From the IMG/VR virus record IMGVR_UViG_3300044701_003603, positions 1 through 32,408 of that record: a stretch of 32,408 bases of DNA; one strand, written 5' to 3'. Shown here one piece after another: positions 24,643 to 32,332 of the stretch. The translations under genes and the position numbers were made by a program. Below the pieces are notes generated by a model. The model saw nothing but the letters and a program-made list of their open reading frames with translations, was not told the origin of the DNA and searched no databases. The DNA is from a virus. Taxonomy: Duplodnaviria > Caudoviricetes. How positions within the stretch are numbered: position 1 is the first letter of the stretch; each line of letters starts with the position of its first letter.

Positions 24643-27600
24643 ACGGATTAACCGACGAGCAGCTCGCCGAGCTGGAAGCGCAGCAAGGACAGCCGGAGAT
24701 CACCACCGGGCTGGTGGATCGCCTTGCCGCATCCCCTGCTCCGGCGCAGGGATTCACCGACCAGCAGCTTGATGCGCTGCCAATTCTGGCATCCACACCG
24801 TTCGCCCAAGAGCGAGGCATTGCCCTGCCTCCCGAAGCGCCTGAAGAGCCTGATATGCTTACCGATTACGAGCTGAACCAGCTTGAAGAGGAAGCCTACC
24901 GCCGCGTGGACTACATCATGCCGAAGGAAGAGTTTCGGCAATTTCACACGCGACGCAAGGAGGAGAACAACGAGGTCGGACGCTTCATCGATGGCGTGGG
25001 CCAAGGTGCCGCAGCCATGATTGGTATGCTGCCGCAGGCGGCGACCGAAATCACTGACGCGCTAATCGGCGGCGTGACCGATCCGATCAACCAAGCGCAG
25101 CGCAACATCCAGACCGGCGCGGAGATCGTCCGCAAGGCTGGCATCAACATGGTGCAGCTCTTCGACTGGGTCGGCAACAAAGCCAATGACGCGGCAACTT
25201 GGGCGAAGCGCCGCGGACTGAAGCAGCAGGCATTGGCCAAGCGCCTCGAGCAGGAAGGCAAACTGACCGGCGATGAGCTGCGGGACGCGAACATTATTGC
25301 CGCGGCGGCCAGCGAGGCGGATGCGATGGAGCCAACGCCGGTGGAGGAGGAAGAGGATTTCGACAAGGCTTACGAGCGCTACCAGCGGGAGAAGGCGCTA
25401 GAGCAGGAGTTCGCGGGAGTCACAGACTTTCAGATCGGCGCCAGCAAGGTGAGCGCGCCGGCGGCGACCAAGGAGGCTTACCAGATTACCGACGAGCAGC
25501 CTGCAGAGACGCTGTCGATGATCGGCTCCATGGTTGTCGATCCGGTTAATCTGCTTCCGGTAGGCGCGGGCGCGTTGAGCAAGCTGCGCGTGCTGCGCCG
25601 CACGGCAACACTCGCCGGCGCCCCACTTCGAGGCGTGCAGCGTGCAGCGGATGCCACGGCAGACCTCGCCGAGCGGGTGGAGTTTGGCATCAGCAGCCGC
25701 GTGCAGGACATCACCGGGCTGACCGCAAAACAGCAGGCAGCGCTGGGTGCCGGTGCGGCCGGTGCGGCAGTCTATGCGGACGCGGCGGGCGGCGGCGGCA
25801 ATGTGACTGCGGCGGTCACGGCCATCGGCAGCGTGCTGCCTGGGCTGCGTTACGGCGGCGCGATCATCCGCAAGACTGGCGCGGCGGCGGGCGGTGCGGC
25901 GACCATTATCCGCGAGGCGGGCGTAGGCGGCATCGGCACGGCGCGAGCGGAAGCAGCGGCGGACTTGGCGCGCATGACGGCGATCCCCGAGCGCTACCGG
26001 AAATACTTTACAGGCTACGTTGACGGCACCGACAGCACGCTCAAGCGTGTGGCGCAGGATGCTGGCAACCCAGAGGCGCTGCGCCGTGTGGCGCGCTTTG
26101 CCGACCGCGCTGGCGTGACCACGGCGGCTCGCCTAGCTGACGATGTGACGAGCGGGGCGGTGGCGGCTGGAATTACCGGAGCACCCTTCGCTGCATTGCA
26201 ACCGGATGCCGAGCGCGCCGGTGAGGTGCTTGGCGGCATCATGGCCCTGGGCGGTGTGGCCGGAGTCGCTGGCAGTGTGGCCCGCCGCGGAGCTACGGAA
26301 GCTGACGCGGACATCGCCCGCATGATGGCTGACGTATATGCGGTGGGCGGTAATGTGGATGCGTTTTCTGCGCTGCCTCACGCCTCACTGGACCGCATGG
26401 CGGCCATGCAAGGCGTGCTGGCTGGCAAGGTAGATTTCGTTCCCCTCAAGGCGGACGAATACCGAATGAACAAGGATGTGTCGGCGACCGGCGGCGAGCT
26501 GGCCGCGGGACTGTTCCTCGAGAAGGACGCCAACGGACGCGCCCGAGTCTTTATTAATCTTGACGCCCGCAAGTCGGCCGGCGGCGTGGACGCCATTGCT
26601 CCGCATGAGATTGGCCATGCCATCCTGACGAGCAACGTCCTTGATGGGCAGCCGCGCAACGACCTGCGCAACTTGGTCAACCAGCAATATGGACCGGACG
26701 GCGTGACCGCCCGCGGACGCGAGTATGTCGGGCGCTTGGTTGACGCGGACATCAACAACGGCACAACCGGCGAGCTGCCCCAAGTGCTCACGGAGCAAGA
26801 GTTCCGCGACTTTGAGAGCGGCAACAAGTCAGCGGCGGACATCTCCAAGGCGCGCAAGCTCGAGCCAGCCGAGCGCGAGAGGTTGATCAACGAGCGATAC
26901 GAGGAGCTGTCGCAGCGCAGCATTGAGCGCGGCGAGGACGCCCTGGACTGGGCGCGCGACGAGATCATCGCCGAGACATTTGCCAGCGAGGCGCCGGCCA
27001 TTGACTTCCGCGCCATCCGCCGCGATGCCGCCTTCCCTCGCCTCGCCGAGTCCATGCTGGCTACCGGCGGGCGCGTGCTGGAGATGATGGGTGTGCGCTT
27101 GGACAGCGGCACCGGCAAGATGTTGGACAATCCGTCTGTCCTCTTCCGCGACAACCCGCTCTTCCAAGACCGCATCATGCAGAAGCGCGTGAAGGAATAC
27201 GTCCGCGCCTACGATCAATTTTTGACCGGCCTCGAGGAGGCTGGCAGTGCAACGCCCCGCGGCGTAGAGCTGGCGCGCAGCAGCCGCCCGGAGGACTTGG
27301 CGCGCAGCACGCATGTCAAACTAAGGGACGAGGGCCGTGGCGTGTTGGAGAATGACTTCCTGTTCCAAAAGCCGGACGGCACCTACGCTTACAAGCCGCA
27401 GCCGATCATCAATGCCGCCGAGGCCAACCGCGCGGCGCAGATCAAGACGCTGTACGATGCGAAGAAGTTCGTGCCGGTCAACTCGACCGAGTTCGGCAAG
27501 CGCAAGGTCAACGGTCGCGAAGTCATCGGCGGGCCGGTGCTACCGCCGCAGTTTGACCTCTTCACGCAATTCCCGCAGCACGTCCGCCAGTTTGCCCGGG

Positions 27601-30600
27601 GTATGGAAGCCAGCCGCGCCGAGGGCGAAAGCTGGAACATCGACTACAACGCCATCGGCACCGGATCGAGCGGACGCTACCGCATCACCAACATGGGCGC
27701 CGTGCGCGCTATCCAGCGGGAGACCGTGCCGTTCGGCTGGCAGGTGACCAAGCAGAACCACCTGCTCGCCGCCTCGCTCGACCTCAACGCCTTCCGCTCG
27801 TCTGCTATGAAGGCGATCAACAAGGGCGAGCTAGGCATCTTCAACAACGACATGAAGCAGGTGGAGGCCGACCTCAAGACCTACCTCGCCAACCACCGCA
27901 ACGGCATGCCCGGAGAGGCGACCATCGGACAGCAGAAGCGCGACACGCTCAACGGACTCATCGGCACCGGAACGGCCGTCCAGCGCGCCGCCAACCCGCT
28001 CTACGCCGAGCTGAATCCCAAGGGCAGCATCCGCACTTGGCGCATCGACCGGCTCAACGATGCCCAGCCGAGCGGCCGCACCGGCTACTTCTTCGACTAC
28101 GACAAGATCAACAACAACCGCATGCCACAGCAGATTCCGCGGGAGGCTCAGGGGATGCCAGATGTGGCAACAGGCGGAACCCGCGGGCAGGCGATGCCGG
28201 ATGCTGAGGCTCGCTCAGGCGCCGCCGAAACTCTCGACCAATTAAAGCGTTCGCAATTTATCCCAACAAAAGTCGCCGCGGAAGTTGTCGGAGGATTCCC
28301 TGAGTATCTTCGCCCAGTCGCGCAATTCATCACCGACCAGCGGCAGAAGCTCGCCAACGGCCAGATCACTCGTCGCGATGTGATGAAGGCTTACGCCATG
28401 ACCATTGCCTCGCAGGGTTCTGGCGCCCGGGCCGTTGAGGTCATCGCCAACAACGTGGCCAAGGATGGCGTCCGGTTTCGTCCATCAAAGGACTTTACAA
28501 CGGCGGACAAAAAGGGACGCGCGGCCATCCGCCCCGAGGAAGCCGCAGCGTATTGGCTTGGCACCGACGCCGGCCAGAAGGCTCTAGACAACTTTGAGGC
28601 CGGCCGCTTTAGCCCAGACGACTGGAAGGAGCTGGTCGCCATTCGTAAAGCATACGGCGATGACCGCTTCAACAACCTCGGCGCGTTCAATCCCGACAAC
28701 ATTCGCACGATGGACAAGGTGCTGGCCGACTTAAACGCCAGCCGCGCGGACACCGGCAAGGTAATGGATGCAGTGCAGCGGCTCCGCGGCATCAAGACGG
28801 GCAAGAAGGGATTCATCGCGCACCTGCTCGGCATCGGCGACGTGCCGACCATTGATGCGGTCGAGATCAACTTCTGGCTGACCGGCAAGGCCGACATCGG
28901 CAAGCTAAACACGCGCAAGGCAACGCTGGCGCGCAGCGTCAAGGAGTCAATAAGCGACCGGCGCGTTAGCCAAGAGATGTTCCGGCGCATTGACCAACGG
29001 ATCAACGCTTTGCGGGACGAGGTTCCGGGCGGGGCAAATATTAGCCCAGAAGTCTGGTCGCACGTCATGCACCACTGGCTGTGGGATAAGTCGAAGGGTA
29101 TTGAGACAACGCATGAAGGCATGTATCGGGCGCAGGCGCAATTCATGCCTGACAGCGTCGTCAGCGATGAGGGCGGAACTGTATGGCGAGAACTGCAAGA
29201 CGCTCCTGTCATTACGCTGAAAGATCTTAAGGGACGCAAGGTATTCGCGGCGTTCGCAGATCTAACAAGCGCCGGCAAGATTTACCGCGGCATCGACTCA
29301 AGCGAGATTGCTGTTCCGGTTGAGACGCACGGCGGCCCCGAGTGGCCCTTGCTGCAGGCTGAGAAGGTCGGCAAGGAAACAAACGTGTGGTCGAACCAAG
29401 GTGCTGGCGTTTCGGCCATCAAGGCGCGGCGCGCCAACGAGGGGGCTATCATGCTCATCGCCGCAATGGATAAGAACGCGCATGTCAGCAACACTGAGAC
29501 GGCGACCGCGGTGATCGCAACAAATGCAGCGTATGCCCGCGACGGTCGTATCACGCCGGAAAATTTGGCCGCTCTCGACAACTCTATCCGCAAGGAAATT
29601 GAAGACTTTCCCGGCATCGAATCGCCGAGCATTATGGAATACGTCAACAAGCTGCCGTTCCAGGGCACTAAGAGCCGCGCGCGTATTGCTGAAATCCTTG
29701 AGTCGAAAAAATCGCAGGATCTCGGGGCGCCTAACGTGCAGCGCATTTTGGATGAGGTGCGCTCAGACCAATACGACGGACTACGCATCGGCGATGTGGT
29801 GTTAGCCATTGAGCTGACGCCAGGCGCTCCCGCAGTGAAGCTGGGCGAGCAGGGAACGCTTAAGCATCCTTCGTATCAGTATGGCTTGCGCGGTCGAGTA
29901 ATCGGACGGTTTGCGAGGCCGATCAACATTAGCTCAATTTTCGACGACTTCTACGCGCAGCGCCGAGCCGATGGTAAGCCAGAGCTTGGAGATCGTCGCG
30001 CTTTTGATCTGGCCAAGCCAGTGCAAGAGATTACCGACGCCATCGCATCGCGCATTCCTGGCACGCCATACAAGTCGTTCCGCTCGCCGCGGCATGCGCA
30101 GCTAATTGACATCGCCAAGGACGACAAGTGGAGGTCATCCAAGCAAACCGTAAAGGCTGGCGGTGTATCACCGGCGGCATTTATCGACGCACTCAACGCA
30201 TCGCCGGCGAAGCTGGCCCTTGATCGCTACACACTAAAGGGGCTGCAGGAAAAACTTGAGGCCGGTGCGATGTCGATATACCAGCTCGCTGACGCTCAGG
30301 TGTTTTTCGGCATTAAGCAGGGCGATCCCGCTTCCGCCTACGGACAAGACCCCGCGGCCTTTGGATTCGGGCCCAACGAGAAGACGCTGTCGCTGGTGCT
30401 TAACAACGAACGCAAGACGGGCGGAATGGCGGACGCGGTGGTTATTAAGGCGCTGCAGCTAGGCGTCACGGCGCTCGATTGCTTTGCGGTGAAGTCGGAA
30501 AAATATCCGAAGGGCATGCTGCCAAAACTTTATGCGTCATACGGCTTTGAACCTACTGGAAGCATCCCGTTTGACCCGTCCTTTTACAGCAAGTTGGAAC

Positions 30601-30974
30601 TTGCAGACCTAAAGAAATACTGGAAATCTATTGGGTGGGATGAAAGCACTGGCCTGCCAGAAATCACCCTAATGAAATGGAGAGGAAACGATGAACTCAG
30701 AACAAAAAGCCTACGAGAAATTATTGAGCAAGGTGGACAAGGTGTTCGGGGAAACCCTGGACAAGTTGTCGCCGACACAAGAAGCCGTCGTAAATCGGCT
30801 GCTGGATCTGTCGGTCGAGGAAAGCGGCGGGCCGGACAAGGTGACGCTGGCGCAGGTGCAGGGAGTCAAGGAGATGTTGGAGGAGGAGTTCGGATTAGCC
30901 GCGGCTTCCTAGACGCCAACACTGAGCTGCTTTCTCTTTCGCCCGCGGAATTGCGCAACCTCGGAATACAATAG
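24624..30974 (+). CDS. Giant internal virion / polyvalent protein (2116 aa): Gly/Ala-rich membrane-active region, HExxH metallopeptidase-like, HhH-GPD-like and GNAT-like domains
   Basis: LTDxQL N-terminal repeats; PHEIGH (26601-26618) plus EIIAE; LRGIKTGKKGFIAHLLGIGDVPTID; LDCF...LPKLYASYGFEP. Last gene of the virion operon; AAGGAG upstream. Confidence 0.8.
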   Translation: MVPSSLDGLTDEQLAELEAQQGQPEITTGLVDRLAASPAPAQGFTDQQLDALPILASTPFAQERGIALPPEAPEEPDMLTDYELNQLEEEAYRRVDYIMPKEEFRQFHTRRKEENNEVGRFIDGVGQGAAAMIGMLPQAATEITDALIGGVTDPINQAQRNIQTGAEIVRKAGINMVQLFDWVGNKANDAATWAKRRGLKQQALAKRLEQEGKLTGDELRDANIIAAAASEADAMEPTPVEEEEDFDKAYERYQREKALEQEFAGVTDFQIGASKVSAPAATKEAYQITDEQPAETLSMIGSMVVDPVNLLPVGAGALSKLRVLRRTATLAGAPLRGVQRAADATADLAERVEFGISSRVQDITGLTAKQQAALGAGAAGAAVYADAAGGGGNVTAAVTAIGSVLPGLRYGGAIIRKTGAAAGGAATIIREAGVGGIGTARAEAAADLARMTAIPERYRKYFTGYVDGTDSTLKRVAQDAGNPEALRRVARFADRAGVTTAARLADDVTSGAVAAGITGAPFAALQPDAERAGEVLGGIMALGGVAGVAGSVARRGATEADADIARMMADVYAVGGNVDAFSALPHASLDRMAAMQGVLAGKVDFVPLKADEYRMNKDVSATGGELAAGLFLEKDANGRARVFINLDARKSAGGVDAIAPHEIGHAILTSNVLDGQPRNDLRNLVNQQYGPDGVTARGREYVGRLVDADINNGTTGELPQVLTEQEFRDFESGNKSAADISKARKLEPAERERLINERYEELSQRSIERGEDALDWARDEIIAETFASEAPAIDFRAIRRDAAFPRLAESMLATGGRVLEMMGVRLDSGTGKMLDNPSVLFRDNPLFQDRIMQKRVKEYVRAYDQFLTGLEEAGSATPRGVELARSSRPEDLARSTHVKLRDEGRGVLENDFLFQKPDGTYAYKPQPIINAAEANRAAQIKTLYDAKKFVPVNSTEFGKRKVNGREVIGGPVLPPQFDLFTQFPQHVRQFARGMEASRAEGESWNIDYNAIGTGSSGRYRITNMGAVRAIQRETVPFGWQVTKQNHLLAASLDLNAFRSSAMKAINKGELGIFNNDMKQVEADLKTYLANHRNGMPGEATIGQQKRDTLNGLIGTGTAVQRAANPLYAELNPKGSIRTWRIDRLNDAQPSGRTGYFFDYDKINNNRMPQQIPREAQGMPDVATGGTRGQAMPDAEARSGAAETLDQLKRSQFIPTKVAAEVVGGFPEYLRPVAQFITDQRQKLANGQITRRDVMKAYAMTIASQGSGARAVEVIANNVAKDGVRFRPSKDFTTADKKGRAAIRPEEAAAYWLGTDAGQKALDNFEAGRFSPDDWKELVAIRKAYGDDRFNNLGAFNPDNIRTMDKVLADLNASRADTGKVMDAVQRLRGIKTGKKGFIAHLLGIGDVPTIDAVEINFWLTGKADIGKLNTRKATLARSVKESISDRRVSQEMFRRIDQRINALRDEVPGGANISPEVWSHVMHHWLWDKSKGIETTHEGMYRAQAQFMPDSVVSDEGGTVWRELQDAPVITLKDLKGRKVFAAFADLTSAGKIYRGIDSSEIAVPVETHGGPEWPLLQAEKVGKETNVWSNQGAGVSAIKARRANEGAIMLIAAMDKNAHVSNTETATAVIATNAAYARDGRITPENLAALDNSIRKEIEDFPGIESPSIMEYVNKLPFQGTKSRARIAEILESKKSQDLGAPNVQRILDEVRSDQYDGLRIGDVVLAIELTPGAPAVKLGEQGTLKHPSYQYGLRGRVIGRFARPINISSIFDDFYAQRRADGKPELGDRRAFDLAKPVQEITDAIASRIPGTPYKSFRSPRHAQLIDIAKDDKWRSSKQTVKAGGVSPAAFIDALNASPAKLALDRYTLKGLQEKLEAGAMSIYQLADAQVFFGIKQGDPASAYGQDPAAFGFGPNEKTLSLVLNNERKTGGMADAVVIKALQLGVTALDCFAVKSEKYPKGMLPKLYASYGFEPTGSIPFDPSFYSKLELADLKKYWKSIGWDESTGLPEITLMKWRGNDELRTKSLREIIEQGGQGVRGNPGQVVADTRSRRKSAAGSVGRGKRRAGQGDAGAGAGSQGDVGGGVRISRGFLDANTELLSLSPAELRNLGIQ
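30691..30912 (+). CDS. Nested out-of-frame 73-aa acidic helical protein inside the 3' end of the giant gene
   Basis: GGAGAGGA RBS (30679-30686) before the ATG; amphipathic helical sequence, while the host frame over it is G/R-rich low complexity. Confidence 0.55.
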   Translation: MNSEQKAYEKLLSKVDKVFGETLDKLSPTQEAVVNRLLDLSVEESGGPDKVTLAQVQGVKEMLEEEFGLAAAS

Positions 30975-31001
30975 CTCATCCGGCACGCCCGGAAGGAGAC
31001 T

Positions 31002-31031
31002 AAGGGTCAGCTACGGCTGGCCCTTTCATTT
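31002..31031. terminator. Rho-independent terminator between the convergent virion operon and integrase
   Basis: AAGGGTCAGC-TACG-GCTGGCCCTT hairpin followed by TCATTTT; abuts the integrase stop. Confidence 0.7.
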
Positions 31032-32141
31032 TGTCCCAAAGATTCCCTCTGGCAGCGTCACGCTCGACTCATAAGTCGCATAGTGCCGCAGCGTCACGGC
31101 CGCGCTGGTATGGCCTAGCAGTTTCGACACCAGGCTAATCTTCCCGGTGGCCACCAGCCAATCGCTGCCGGCCTGCTTGCGCAGCGTGTAGAGGAGCTGC
31201 TCGCGGTCTGGCATGTAGCCGCGGAGGAAGGCGTTGAAGACTCGCATGAGCCAGTTGTAGCGAGTGTATGGCGTTCCTCCAGGGATGCCGTAGTCATCGC
31301 AGGCAAGCAGCTCGGCGGCCATGTCTGGCGGGATGCCGATGTCGCGCTCGCCGCGGCTGCCGGTCTTCAGCGCAAAGTCTTCCGAGGGGCGCTGCCGCAC
31401 GCACAGGAAGTGCTGTTCCCCTCGCCTCTCAATCCAGCCCTTGCGGAAGCCGGCGATCTCGCTGGGACGCAGTCCGAGGTAGCGCGCCAAGATCCATGCC
31501 CGCCGGATGCCGCCGCCTGTGACCTTGGTTGCCTTGTCGATCTCCTCCAAGGTCTCCGCGGGCAATGGCTGGAAGGCGTCCAAGTGGACGCGCAGCCCGG
31601 TGCGGGTGCAGGCGTCGCGGAACTCGCCCATGTCTGGCAGGCCATCGAAGCCCTCCCAGTCGTTCTGCCGCGCGAAGATCGCCCGGGCGCTGGCGAGGCA
31701 GGACTTCTGCGTGCTGGTCTTCACCTTGGCGTTCTTCAAGTAGGCGGCGACCAAGGCGCGGTTAAGGCGGGAGAGCGCAAGGTCGCGGACCTTCTGGCCG
31801 TCATCGGTCTGCAGGGCAGCCTTGATCACGCGGTAGAGGCAATTCACATTGTCCCTGCGAAAAGCCACTGTGCTGGTCGCCAAGTAATGGTCACAAGCCT
31901 TGCCAACCGTGGAGCTGGTGTCGCGCCGGGAGAAGTCTCGCAGCGCGGCAATGCCCTCGTCCGCGGTGCGCTCGAGGATGGCTTTGGCCTTGGCCTTGGC
32001 GGTCGGCAGGTCGGAGGTGGCGAGGCTGATGCGCTGGCGGCGCCGTTTCTCCGGGTGATAAAACCTCAGCCGGTAATACGGCGACTCGGGGATGAGATGA
32101 ATAGTTCCGGTGAGTCCGCGTGTGGTGATCTTGATATCCAT
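31026..32141 (-). CDS. int: Tyrosine recombinase / phage integrase
   Basis: N-terminal arm-binding-like YYRLRFYHP...RISLAT, then catalytic GLRPSE, LKT, YTLRK, LLGHTS and RHYA. ATG 32141 is preferred because the extension to 32246 runs through the repeats. Confidence 0.9.
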   Translation of the reverse strand: MDIKITTRGLTGTIHLIPESPYYRLRFYHPEKRRRQRISLATSDLPTAKAKAKAILERTADEGIAALRDFSRRDTSSTVGKACDHYLATSTVAFRRDNVNCLYRVIKAALQTDDGQKVRDLALSRLNRALVAAYLKNAKVKTSTQKSCLASARAIFARQNDWEGFDGLPDMGEFRDACTRTGLRVHLDAFQPLPAETLEEIDKATKVTGGGIRRAWILARYLGLRPSEIAGFRKGWIERRGEQHFLCVRQRPSEDFALKTGSRGERDIGIPPDMAAELLACDDYGIPGGTPYTRYNWLMRVFNAFLRGYMPDREQLLYTLRKQAGSDWLVATGKISLVSKLLGHTSAAVTLRHYATYESSVTLPEGIFGTK

Positions 32142-32163
32142 GGCGGACAGATCGCATCCGCGC

Positions 32164-32234
32164 GTGCCACAGTCAAGACGACTGTGGCTGGACTGTGGCA
32201 CGAGTGTGGCAGTCAATGTGGCAGACTGTGGCAG
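32164..32234. repeat. Array of GACTGTGGCA-like 10-11 bp repeats (putative integrase arm-type sites)
   Basis: Inverted copy GTGCCACAGTC 32164-32174. Direct copies GACTGTGGCTG 32180, GACTGTGGCAC 32191, GAGTGTGGCAG 32202, AATGTGGCAG 32215 and GACTGTGGCAG 32224. Confidence 0.8.
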
Positions 32235-32243
32235 ATCAATCAA

Positions 32244-32265
32244 CATCTGTTGGCATCTGTTGGCA
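32244..32265. repeat. Tandem CATCTGTTGG x2 (possible Xis or repressor sites)
   Basis: catctgttgg catctgttgg ca, between the arm repeats and the tRNA fragment. Confidence 0.6.
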
Positions 32266-32292
32266 CCACAATAACAGACTAAAACAAACTTT

Positions 32293-32332
32293 GCTCCCGT
32301 AGCTCAGGGGATAGAGCAGCGGATTTCTAATC
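32293..32332 (+). other. 5' half of tRNA-Arg(UCU): putative attP core (not a complete tRNA)
   Basis: GCTCCCG-TA-GCTC AGGGGATA GAGC-A-GCGGA TTTCTAA TC gives the acceptor 5' strand, D arm and anticodon loop with TCT. No T arm or acceptor 3' strand follows. Adjacent to the integrase. Confidence 0.85.

Noticed and set aside
28990-30462. Additional nested genes behind other cargo domains (28990-29220, 29308-29514, 29524-29805, 29911-30105, 30256-30462)
   Set aside because: Mostly non-ATG starts, no RBS, and R/S/C-rich shadow composition, unlike the 30691-30912 ORF.
73-30778. Many long - strand and alternate-frame ORFs (e.g. 73-786, 9319-10410, 26378-27178, 28391-29278)
   Set aside because: They are shadows of high-GC3 + strand genes, with no motifs or RBS and complete overlap with well-supported CDSs.
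32164-32265. Repeat array as a CRISPR or iteron origin
   Set aside because: Units are 10-11 bp with no unique spacers, and no cas or rep gene is adjacent; the position next to int and the tRNA fragment fits att arms better.
31410-32282. 290-aa + strand ORF
   Set aside because: Antisense shadow of the integrase, running through the repeat array.
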